From contig CAZALK010000014.1 of the NCBI GenBank assembly GCA_964486045.1, forward strand, positions 32,001-96,000: 64,000 nucleotides of DNA. The letters are read 5' to 3'. Every line of letters begins with the position of its first letter. Positions within the stretch are counted from its first letter, which is position 1. The notes below the pieces were generated by a model. That model did no database searches. It was not told the origin of the DNA and worked only from the letters and a program-made list of their open reading frames with translations. Both the position numbers and the translations under genes were made by a program. Below, in pieces: positions 51,825 through 60,797 of this stretch. Source of the stretch: an uncultured archaeon. GTDB lineage: Archaea; Asgardarchaeota; Lokiarchaeia; Sigyniarchaeales; SOKP01.

Positions 51825-52115
51825 ATGTCAAATATGGAAAAAACTCCTAAAACCGGATTTGAAAAAATTATACATTATTTCAATTCCAAGCTGGAAATAA
51901 ATCATCCTATAGCTATTGCTAAAGTAGTGGAAGATACAGGTTTCTCTTGGAGTTTTATTAAAAAAACACTGTCTAAAGTAAAGGAAGAATATGATGGGTT
52001 TCATTTTGAAAAATCAGGAAATACGTGGATAACGTGGAAAGATCGAGTTCATATCATAAAAAAATTAGATGAGACTTGTTCTCGTTTTTTGAAGGAATCC
52101 GATAATGAATGCTAA
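51825..52115 (+). CDS. Small putative winged-HTH protein
   Basis: IAKVVEDTGFSWSFIKKTL HTH-like segment followed by a beta hairpin (FEKSGNTWITW). Confidence 0.55.
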   Translation: MSNMEKTPKTGFEKIIHYFNSKLEINHPIAIAKVVEDTGFSWSFIKKTLSKVKEEYDGFHFEKSGNTWITWKDRVHIIKKLDETCSRFLKESDNEC

Positions 52116-52125
52116 TTTCTTATAG

Positions 52126-53391
52126 TTAGCTTCTATTTCTTAATACTTCCTTTTCATACTTCTCAATCTCTCTAATCCAAGAATATCCTACTGGAACATC
52201 ATTTGTTAAACAGAAAAAATCCCATACAGAACCAAACGGAAGTGTCTTTAACTCTTCTAGAAAAGCCAGTCGTTGGAGATATTGTCCATTCTCTTCAAAT
52301 TCCCTAAATATTTCCCATGGCTGAACCGAAGCATATAATAAGCTTTTTTGAACGGCTCGAGTTCCAATCACTCATGCTCCAATACGGTTAATTGAAGCAT
52401 CAAAATAATCTAGCCCTAAATGAATTCTATTCATGGCTTTACTACGTACAATTTCTTCCATTACATGAATCAAGTCTTCACTTAAAATAACTACATGATC
52501 ACTGTCCCATCTTATCCCACGACTAATATGAAGCATTAATTCTGGGATAAAGGGAAGAATAGAGGATATTTTATCTCCTACAGATTCAGTTGGATGAAAA
52601 TGACCCGTATCTAAAGTTAACATCATTTGATTGGCAATGGCATAACCTAAATAAAATTCATGACTACCAACTACGAATGCTTCACTACCTATACCAAAAA
52701 GTTTTCCTTCAATAGTATCTTTCATTGATGAAGAAGGATATTTTTCTTGGAATATTTCATCTAACGAATTTTTTAATAAAACTCTATATCCTTTCCTATC
52801 TACAGGAATATCTTTTAAACTGTCAGGAATCCATATATTGTGTATACAAGGGCTTTTTAACTGCTTCCCTATTTCAGCACTTATTTCTCGACATCTACAA
52901 ACATGATCAATCTAAAATTGACGAATTCCACTTGATTTATTGCTTAAAGTAAATCCTCCATTTGCTTTTGGATGAGAAAATAGTGTGCTATTCATATCTA
53001 GTTTTAAATCTCTTTCTTTCGCCCAATCAATCCATCTTTGGAAGTATTCCGGTTTGTACTGATCTCGTTCCACAAATTTTCCTCCAAAATCTCCATAGAA
53101 AGAATGTAAGTTTACACGATGATTACCAGGAATTAAAGATAATGCTGTTTCTAAATCCATTTGAAGTTCCTGTATATTACTCGCTTTACCAGGAAAATTT
53201 CCTGTAGCTATGATCCCACCCCCATTTAACTCTGTGTTTGGCCTTTCAAATCCTCCAACATCATCACCTTGCCATGAATGAATAGAGATTGGGATCTCTA
53301 ATAGGGCATCTAATATTTTATCGATATCTATACCCAATTCATCATATTTTTTGGAAGCTAGAGCATAAGCTTCATCGATTTGATCATTCAT
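52126..53391 (-). pseudogene. rhaA: L-rhamnose isomerase with two in-frame nonsense codons
   Basis: H.WQGDDV.GFE, TLS....IRQF*IDH, NIWIPD, KLFGIG.E, LD.GHFHPTE, RWDSDHVV, DASINRIGA*VIGTR. TAG at 52912-52914 and TGA at 52372-52374 both fall at Trp positions of RhaA. Confidence 0.9.
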
Positions 53392-53513
53392 CTCTATCTC
53401 TAAGATATATTTTATTCCATAATATTAATAATAGTTTCATTTTACTTCCATGATTAGGAGCAACTATCATTAAAAGCAATTATTAAAAGTAATTATCTAT
53501 TTATGCAATTATA

Positions 53514-53529
53514 GTGTGAAGTTTCACAC
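53514..53529. promoter_or_regulatory. Palindrome GTGTGAA-GT-TTCACAC, candidate operator
   Basis: Perfect 7-bp arms, 33 bp upstream of the frhB-like start. Confidence 0.4.
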
Positions 53530-53562
53530 ACACAAAAATATCAAATATTAAGGAAGAATCAT

Positions 53563-54507
53563 ATGAAAATTGAAAAATCAAGTCAAGATCTCGAAAATGA
53601 AGTAATTTATTCTGGTTTATGCATACATTGTGGCAGTTGCAATGCTTTTTGCTCACATATGGACTTTAACCAAGATAATGGGGAAGCTTATGTTGTAGAT
53701 GAATGTGCTGAAACTGTAGGATTATGTTATAATGCATGTCCAAGATCATTTCTACCGATTTCTGAAATAGAGCAGAAATTATTCGGTAAAACACGAATAG
53801 ATCTAGCTGTTGGAGTCTATAATGACATTATTCAAGTAAAATCTAAAAATAATGATGATATATTATATAATCTTGTTTTAGCTGCTTTCGAATCGGGAGT
53901 AGTAAAGCATATGGTCCTAAGTGAACCTAAAAGCAAAAAACCTCCGGTAGCTTTTCCAGTTGTGGTTGATAATGCGAATGATGCAAAAAAATTCATACCA
54001 AAATCCACGATGGATAACGCAGGTCCGTTAATTACAGGTATTGGCCAGGCTTATAAAGATTACAAACGTGATATAGGAATTATCGGCAATCCATGTCATT
54101 TTCAAGGATTAGGAAAGATTTTAGCTTCAAACTTTAATACAGGGGCAGAAAGAACATCGTTACGTATAGCATATGCTTGTTCTTCTGCCGGGATGACAGG
54201 TTGTAAATATTGTACTGATTTTTCTGGGGAATTCTCCGATATTTCCTATTCTCCTTGGGGTGCTCCAAAAGGATCTGATGAAGCATTCTTAATCATTAGA
54301 ACTGACATTGGCCAAAAAGTTGTTGATGCTGCAATTGAAAAGAAATTGATTGAAATCACGGATGCAAATCCAGATTTAACTGAAATGAAGAAATTTATAA
54401 ATAAAAAGCGTAAAAAAAATTTCTTAACTCTGATCGGTAAAAGCCTAATAAAAGCTAACTACCTAAATCTTAATGTTGATGAGTTGAAAGACATTCTTGA
54501 AAAATAA
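53563..54507 (+). CDS. FrhB/FdhB-family F420-binding subunit with N-terminal ferredoxin
   Basis: CIHCGSCNAFC...C.....CYNACP, IGNPCH, GCKYCTDF.GE.SDIS, IIRT..G. Confidence 0.85.
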   Translation: MKIEKSSQDLENEVIYSGLCIHCGSCNAFCSHMDFNQDNGEAYVVDECAETVGLCYNACPRSFLPISEIEQKLFGKTRIDLAVGVYNDIIQVKSKNNDDILYNLVLAAFESGVVKHMVLSEPKSKKPPVAFPVVVDNANDAKKFIPKSTMDNAGPLITGIGQAYKDYKRDIGIIGNPCHFQGLGKILASNFNTGAERTSLRIAYACSSAGMTGCKYCTDFSGEFSDISYSPWGAPKGSDEAFLIIRTDIGQKVVDAAIEKKLIEITDANPDLTEMKKFINKKRKKNFLTLIGKSLIKANYLNLNVDELKDILEK

Positions 54508-54646
54508 GTTAATAGTGTTATATTCCCATTTCTTTTTATATTTAAATACAAAGTCAGTTTGAATATTAAAGTAAAAATTATTTACAATTAAAGTCTATAA
54601 TAATATTAACAATTTTATCTAATTGATTTAATAAGATAACGTAATA

Positions 54647-55180
54647 ATGGCATCGCGAAAACTCTTATTCAAAGTGGTCGTTGTAGGAGACGGGGGCATA
54701 GGGAAAAGCACCATGATACAGAGATTGACAACAGGCCAGTTTATCCCACAGAAAATCACTATAGGAACAGATCTCGCCACTTTTGACATCCGTTTAAATG
54801 AAAATATGTCGATAAAACTCCAGATCTGGGATTTTGCTGGCGAAAGGCGCTTTCGAATATTCCTTCCTAACTATGCTCGAGGTGCAACAGGATGTTTATT
54901 ATGCTATGATATAACTCGCAGAACAAGTTTTGAGAGTTTAAAGGAATGGTATGGCATCGTAAAAAATAACGCAGTTAATCCAGTCTTCATTCTCGTTGGA
55001 GAAAAGTTAGATTTGGCAGATATCCGTCGAAGTGTAGAAAGCTCACAAGCTGAAGAATTTAAAGAAAAGCACAAAATCATGCGTTTTTTTGAGACTTCCT
55101 CCAAGAGTGGAGAAAACAACAAAAAAATATTTGAGATTTTAACAAGGTTAATATTAAAAAACCAGGGAATTAAGGATTAA
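54647..55180 (+). CDS. Rab-like small GTPase
   Basis: FKVVVVGDGGIGKS, TIG.D, KLQIWDFAGE.RF, Y.RGA.G.LL.YDIT, ETSSK. Confidence 0.9.
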   Translation: MASRKLLFKVVVVGDGGIGKSTMIQRLTTGQFIPQKITIGTDLATFDIRLNENMSIKLQIWDFAGERRFRIFLPNYARGATGCLLCYDITRRTSFESLKEWYGIVKNNAVNPVFILVGEKLDLADIRRSVESSQAEEFKEKHKIMRFFETSSKSGENNKKIFEILTRLILKNQGIKD

Positions 55181-55226
55181 GTTTTCTTGATTTTTTACCC
55201 AAAAATCAATTGATTTTAATAGGTCG

Positions 55227-56129
55227 TTATTCTATTTTCATTTGTTCTCTTATTTTTTCATTTAATCCTTTAAGATTTTCAATAATTTGAATTTGAACGT
55301 TCTTCGGAAAGGTTTTAATAATCGTATTCAATTTCTCTCTATCAAATTTATTAATCTCTCTGTAATATAAAATCAGTGAAATAACAGTTAAAAGAGGTGA
55401 AATAATCAGTAAAAGATGAAAAATTGCTGAAACTTTTAGAGGTTCTGAGCCCATATTTCCAGTTCCAGGTAGGTTTAAAGGGATTCCAAGAGCTGTATCT
55501 ATTGATATCAAGATTGTTGAGAGGGAATTTATAATATTTAAAATTATGAACACTAAGAAATTTATTATGCTTAGTATTCTAAAATTTTTAACACCTAGAA
55601 AAGACAACACATTTTTGCTATTAATTGAGTGATTAAATTTATGAATTAGGGGATTTTTATTAGATATATTACCAGAAATGATTTCTATTCTCGAATATTT
55701 CCACAAATCTATAAAAATCCAAAAAAATCCAAATGAATAAGAGAAAAAGAATAACAAACTAAAATATAAATAGTATCCTTCCACTAAATGCGGATGATAT
55801 AGGGATTCAGCGCCCAACCAGAATAATAATATAAGTTGAAATAGAGCAGAAAAAAATAGACGATTAGCATGTTTTTTCTCTAAGCCTAAAGGGTTATAAA
55901 TGATTAAGGAATTTTCAAATTCGGTTCTCCATTTATTTGTATTGATTATTCTAAAAAACAACGAAAAGCCAAAAATAATAAGTGGAAATAATAAAAGAAA
56001 TATATCGTCCCAACCTTGTGTGTTTATCGCTATAAAAATGAATGTAAAGATTATGATGTCACGTATTAAACTTTCTCTGAGTAAATCTGTTACTGGTAAA
56101 AAAAATTCTTTGATATTATTCTCACTCAT
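55227..56129 (-). CDS. Multi-pass membrane protein, unknown function
   Basis: About 6 TM helices. Confidence 0.72.
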   Translation of the reverse strand: MSENNIKEFFLPVTDLLRESLIRDIIIFTFIFIAINTQGWDDIFLLLFPLIIFGFSLFFRIINTNKWRTEFENSLIIYNPLGLEKKHANRLFFSALFQLILLFWLGAESLYHPHLVEGYYLYFSLLFFFSYSFGFFWIFIDLWKYSRIEIISGNISNKNPLIHKFNHSINSKNVLSFLGVKNFRILSIINFLVFIILNIINSLSTILISIDTALGIPLNLPGTGNMGSEPLKVSAIFHLLLIISPLLTVISLILYYREINKFDREKLNTIIKTFPKNVQIQIIENLKGLNEKIREQMKIE

Positions 56130-56330
56130 TTCTTTATTAAAATCAACTTAATAATTAAAATTTTATGATTGTATAACCCTAACATTTAGCTCCTTCCCAA
56201 TGATTAACACATGTTCAGTTAATTTAAAGGATGACTATCATCCTAAACTCTAAAAATTTAAATTACCCATATTACTTTATTCTACAAGATACTAATACAC
56301 ATTATGTAGCATCAAAATAGTGTAGAAAAA

Positions 56331-57428
56331 GTGGATATTGAAAATAGCAGCAATAGAAAAACACCCTTCTACGAAATTCATGTTGAACTTGGAGCACGGA
56401 TAATTAACTTTTCTGGGTGGTTAATGCCCGTTCAATATGAGAGCATTATTAAAGAGCATGAGGCTGTACGCTCTAATGCAGGAATGTTTGACATATCCCA
56501 TATGGGGGAATTTTTACTCAATGGCAAAGACGTAATCCCTTTCCTTCAATATGTAATGATAAACGATTTAAATTTATTGGAAGAATCTAAAGGTCAATAT
56601 TCTTGCATGTGCTATGAGAATGGGACTGTTATTGATGACTTATTTATTTATGAAGAAAGTAGAGAGATTTTTAGAATAATTGTGAATGCTGCAAATATTG
56701 AGAAAGATTTTCAGTGGCTAAATGACCACTTTAAGGGAAAAGATGTGAAAATCAAAAATTTATCTTCAACGCGATGTCGTTTGGCATTTCAGGGTCCTAA
56801 ATCAGATGATCTTCTTCAACCACTCGTTGACGTAGATCTATCTGAAATAAAACGGTTTTATTTCAAACACTGTGAACTTAATGATATCTCTATCTTTTTA
56901 GCTAGAACAGGATACACTGGGGAGAGGGGATTTGAGATTTCTTTTGATAAAGAAAATTCAGAAGAAATATGGAATGCTTTATTGAAGACAGGAGCTAGTC
57001 CAGCTGGTTTAGGTGCAAGAGACTCATTAAGATTAGAAGCATCCTATTCATTGTATGGACATGAAATTAGCGAAACAATTACACCTGTAGAGGGTGGATT
57101 GTCCTGGTTGATAAAGCCTAAAAAGGGTATTGACTGTATAGGTAAGGAATTACTTTTGAAACAGAAATCTGATGGTACAAAAAGAACATTAGTTGGCCTC
57201 AACTTATTTGACAAAGGTATCATCCGCCAGAACTATAAGATTTTTAAAAACGGCAATGAGATTGGATATGTAACTTCTGGTGGGTACTCACCTACTCTTA
57301 AGAAAACTATCGGATTAGGATTAGTTAAAACCCAGTTTAAAGAAGTTGGTACTGAATTAGAAATTGATATCCGTGGAAAACTTTTAAAGGGGATTATAGT
57401 TTCTACACCATTTTATCGTAATGTGTAA
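56331..57428 (+). CDS. gcvT: Glycine cleavage system T protein
   Basis: F.GW.MPVQY, FDISHMG, RTGYTGE.GFE, GLGARDSLRLEA. Confidence 0.96.
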   Translation: MDIENSSNRKTPFYEIHVELGARIINFSGWLMPVQYESIIKEHEAVRSNAGMFDISHMGEFLLNGKDVIPFLQYVMINDLNLLEESKGQYSCMCYENGTVIDDLFIYEESREIFRIIVNAANIEKDFQWLNDHFKGKDVKIKNLSSTRCRLAFQGPKSDDLLQPLVDVDLSEIKRFYFKHCELNDISIFLARTGYTGERGFEISFDKENSEEIWNALLKTGASPAGLGARDSLRLEASYSLYGHEISETITPVEGGLSWLIKPKKGIDCIGKELLLKQKSDGTKRTLVGLNLFDKGIIRQNYKIFKNGNEIGYVTSGGYSPTLKKTIGLGLVKTQFKEVGTELEIDIRGKLLKGIIVSTPFYRNV

Positions 57429-57462
57429 AAAATAAAAGACTATTTAGAATATGTGAGTACGT

Positions 57463-57858
57463 ATGAGTTATGAATTTCCAAGTGAATTAAGATACACAAC
57501 AACCCATGAATGGGTAAGAATTGAGAATAATTTTGCCACTGTTGGAATTACTGACTATGCCCAAAATCAATTAGGTGATGTAGTATTTGTTGATCTTCCA
57601 GAGATCGGCATGGTGTTTGAAAAAGGTAGTAATGCCGGTGAAATAGAATCGGTAAAAGCCGTAGGAGATTTATCAATGCCTTTATCTGGAGAATTGATAG
57701 AAATAAATGAACGCCTTATAGAGAGCCCTGAGCTTGTTAACACTTCCCCATATGACAGAGGTTGGATAATAAAGATAAAAATTTTTCATTCCAATGAAAT
57801 TGATGAACTTATATCTGTTGAAGAATATAAAGAATTTGTTAAATCAGAAGAACAATAA
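57463..57858 (+). CDS. gcvH: Glycine cleavage system H protein
   Basis: HEW, VGITDYAQ..LGD, ESVKA lipoyl-Lys. Confidence 0.97.
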   Translation: MSYEFPSELRYTTTHEWVRIENNFATVGITDYAQNQLGDVVFVDLPEIGMVFEKGSNAGEIESVKAVGDLSMPLSGELIEINERLIESPELVNTSPYDRGWIIKIKIFHSNEIDELISVEEYKEFVKSEEQ

Positions 57859-57924
57859 TATTTTTTTTCTTTCATTCGTTAAATTTATTTTTAAATTGTT
57901 AATAATTGAGTTGAAATAATTCAT

Positions 57925-59268
57925 ATGGATTTTGTACCCCACGACAATAAAACGATTACCGAGATGCTAAGTGTAATTGGAGTTTCTGATTTAGAAGAAT
58001 TATTTAAAGACATCCCTAAAGATTTGATAATTGAAAAATTAAACATACCTCCGGGTTTATCTGAACCGGATCTTTTACGTCGTATGGAAGGGATTTCAAA
58101 AAAGAATAAAATTTATTCAAATTCCTTTTTAGGCGCTGGAATTTACTTCCATTATACACCATCTATTGTTAATTTCGTTATATCTAGATCAGAATTTTAT
58201 ACATCATACACACCTTATCAAGCTGAAGCAAGTCAGGGATATTTACAAGCTATTTATGAATATCAAACTATAATATCCCGACTAACTCAAATGGAAGTTG
58301 CGAATGCAAGCATGTATGATGGGTCTACCGCCCTTGCTGAGGCTGCTATTATGGCGACTCTCATTACAAATAAAAAAACGATTGTCATGCTTGAGGGAAT
58401 TCATCCAGAATATATTGAAGTTGTTAAAACTTATTGTTGGGGCCAAAGTGTTAACATAACAATATCAAAAGAAAATAAATTAATGGATAAGCTAAATGAT
58501 GACGTTGCAGCTGTTTTATTCCAGAGTCCTAATTTCTTTGGTGATATAGAAGATATATCAAGGTTGGTAAAAAAGATTAAAGAAAAATTTCCCAATTGTT
58601 TAGTTATTCAAGTTATGACAGATCCATCGTGTTTAGGTGTTTTAAAACCTCCGGGATTATTGGACATTGATATTTTTGTAGCAGAGGGGCAATCTTTTGG
58701 AATAAATCCCTCTTTTGGAGGTCCAGGATTAGGAATCTTTACTGCTAAACAGAAGTTCTTAAGAAAGATACCTGGTAGATTAATCGGTAAGACTAAGGAA
58801 ATTAATGGAGAACGAGAAGGATTTATATTAACTTTACAAGCACGTGAACAACATATTCGGCGTGAAAAAGCAAGTTCTAACATATGTACAAACCAGGCAC
58901 TGTGTTCTTTAGCAGCATTAACATACCTTTTAGCTATGGGAAAAACCGGTTTAAAAGAAATAGCAACCCAAAACTTTCAAAAAGCACATTATCTCAAGAA
59001 TGAACTGAAGAATGTTCCGGGGTATAAAATCTTGAACCAAAAGCCAACTTATAATGAATTTTTGTTGGAATGCCCAAATATTGATTCTTTCATTTCGGAG
59101 TGTAAGAAACGTGATTTATTACCCCCATTAAGGATTTCAGATTATTATCCTGATATGAAAAATATTGTATTAGTGTGTGTTACTGAAGTTAACTCAAGAA
59201 AATCAATTAATTCTTTGATTCAAGCTGCTCAGCAAGCATCAGATAATAGAACGGGGGGGAATTTGTGA
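57925..59268 (+). CDS. gcvPA: Glycine dehydrogenase subunit 1
   Basis: FLGAG.Y, YTPYQAE.SQG, NASMYDG, REQHIRREKASSNICTNQ. Confidence 0.96.
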   Translation: MDFVPHDNKTITEMLSVIGVSDLEELFKDIPKDLIIEKLNIPPGLSEPDLLRRMEGISKKNKIYSNSFLGAGIYFHYTPSIVNFVISRSEFYTSYTPYQAEASQGYLQAIYEYQTIISRLTQMEVANASMYDGSTALAEAAIMATLITNKKTIVMLEGIHPEYIEVVKTYCWGQSVNITISKENKLMDKLNDDVAAVLFQSPNFFGDIEDISRLVKKIKEKFPNCLVIQVMTDPSCLGVLKPPGLLDIDIFVAEGQSFGINPSFGGPGLGIFTAKQKFLRKIPGRLIGKTKEINGEREGFILTLQAREQHIRREKASSNICTNQALCSLAALTYLLAMGKTGLKEIATQNFQKAHYLKNELKNVPGYKILNQKPTYNEFLLECPNIDSFISECKKRDLLPPLRISDYYPDMKNIVLVCVTEVNSRKSINSLIQAAQQASDNRTGGNL

Positions 59269-60698
59269 TGAAATCTAATTTAATCTTTGAGAAGGGAATT
59301 GATGAAGAACTACATAATTATGTTCCAGAAATAGATCTCGAAGTTGTAGGTCTCCAAGAAATCATTCCTAAAACTCTAATTAGAGAGGATCTACCCATTC
59401 CTAATATTCCAGAAGTCGAGATAACTCGTCACTTTATAAAATTAAGCCAAAAAAATTATAGTGTAGACACTGGAATATACCCCCTTGGATCTTGTACCAT
59501 GAAATATAATCCAAAAATTAATGAATTTGTTGAGAGATTGCAAGGTTTCGCCAAAAATCACCCTTTACAAGAAGAAAATCAAGGTTCCATTGAGGTATTA
59601 TATAAGATCTCAAAATTACTCGGGGAAATAACAGGGATGGATGCATTCACTCTTCAACCAGCAGCTGGGGCGCATGGGGAATTAGCAGGATTATTAATTA
59701 TAAAAAAGTATTTTGAATCAAAAGGAATTAAAAAGCAAAAAATTATTATACCTGATTCTGCTCATGGAACTAATCCAGCTTCAGCTAAAATGGCAGGTTT
59801 TTCTATAATAGAATTAAGTTCAAATAATCGCGGAGAAGTTCCACTTGATCAATTAGAATATGCCATGACGGAAGGAGATGTTGCGGGAATTATGTTAACT
59901 AACCCTAATACTTTAGGAATCTTTGAACGACAAATTACAGAGATCACGCGAATCGTTCATGATAATGGTGGGCTGTGTTATTATGATGGGGCAAATCTAA
60001 ATCCCATCCTAGGGATTTGTAGACCAAGGGATATGGGTTTTGATATTGTCCATCTGAATTTGCATAAAACTTTTTCAACACCTCATGGAGGGGGAGGTCC
60101 AGGTTCAGGACCTATAGGAGTAACAAACGAACTTACTCCATTTCTACCAGAACCATGTATAATATCAACAGAACAAGGCTTAGTTTGCCGAAAAAGGAAC
60201 GTTAATTCAATTGGTCGAATTAAAGCATTTTGGGGAAACTTTGGGATTATAATCAGAGCCTACGCTTATATTCTAGCATTAGGTGCGGAAGGGTTGAAAA
60301 AAGTCGGTCAGATGTCTGTTTTAAATGCCAATTATTTAAGGATGCATTTAAGAAAAAAATATTTTGTTCCTTTTGATAGAACATGCCAACATGAGTTTAT
60401 AATTACTGATCGTAATATGCCTAACGGTGTAACAACTGAAGATATTGCTAAAAGAATTCTTGATTTTGGGATATATGCCCCCACTATTTACTTTCCTTTA
60501 GTAGTTAAAGGTGCGTTGATGATAGAACCCACTGAAACTGAATCTAAAACTTCTATGGATTATTTTTCTGAAGTAATGGAAAAAATTTACAAAGAAGCCA
60601 AAGATCATCCAGTAACACTAAAAACAGCACCTCACAACACCCCAATAAAGCGTTTAGATGCGGTTCTTGCTGCAAGAAAACCTATATTACACGATTAA
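59265..60698 (+). CDS. gcvPB: Glycine dehydrogenase subunit 2
   Basis: YPLGSCTMKYNP, SAHGTNPAS, NLHKTFSTPHGGGGPG (PLP Lys), EPTETES. Confidence 0.97.
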   Translation: MMKSNLIFEKGIDEELHNYVPEIDLEVVGLQEIIPKTLIREDLPIPNIPEVEITRHFIKLSQKNYSVDTGIYPLGSCTMKYNPKINEFVERLQGFAKNHPLQEENQGSIEVLYKISKLLGEITGMDAFTLQPAAGAHGELAGLLIIKKYFESKGIKKQKIIIPDSAHGTNPASAKMAGFSIIELSSNNRGEVPLDQLEYAMTEGDVAGIMLTNPNTLGIFERQITEITRIVHDNGGLCYYDGANLNPILGICRPRDMGFDIVHLNLHKTFSTPHGGGGPGSGPIGVTNELTPFLPEPCIISTEQGLVCRKRNVNSIGRIKAFWGNFGIIIRAYAYILALGAEGLKKVGQMSVLNANYLRMHLRKKYFVPFDRTCQHEFIITDRNMPNGVTTEDIAKRILDFGIYAPTIYFPLVVKGALMIEPTETESKTSMDYFSEVMEKIYKEAKDHPVTLKTAPHNTPIKRLDAVLAARKPILHD

Positions 60699-60797
60699 TA
60701 TTGGTAATTGAATAAATTTTTATACTCTTTGGCAATATAAAATTTAAAAAAACTAAAATAAGTAAGACTTAGTTAATTTAAATATTGGTGTACAATC

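Noticed and set aside
2656-52914. Alternative genetic code (TGA/TAG read as Trp)
   Set aside because: TGA and TAG terminate normal genes here (e.g. gcvPA TGA, the exonuclease TAG), and conserved genes use TGG throughout.
56130-56330. Glycine riboswitch before gcvT
   Set aside because: The conserved GGAGA...CCGAAG...CTCTCAGG elements are absent.
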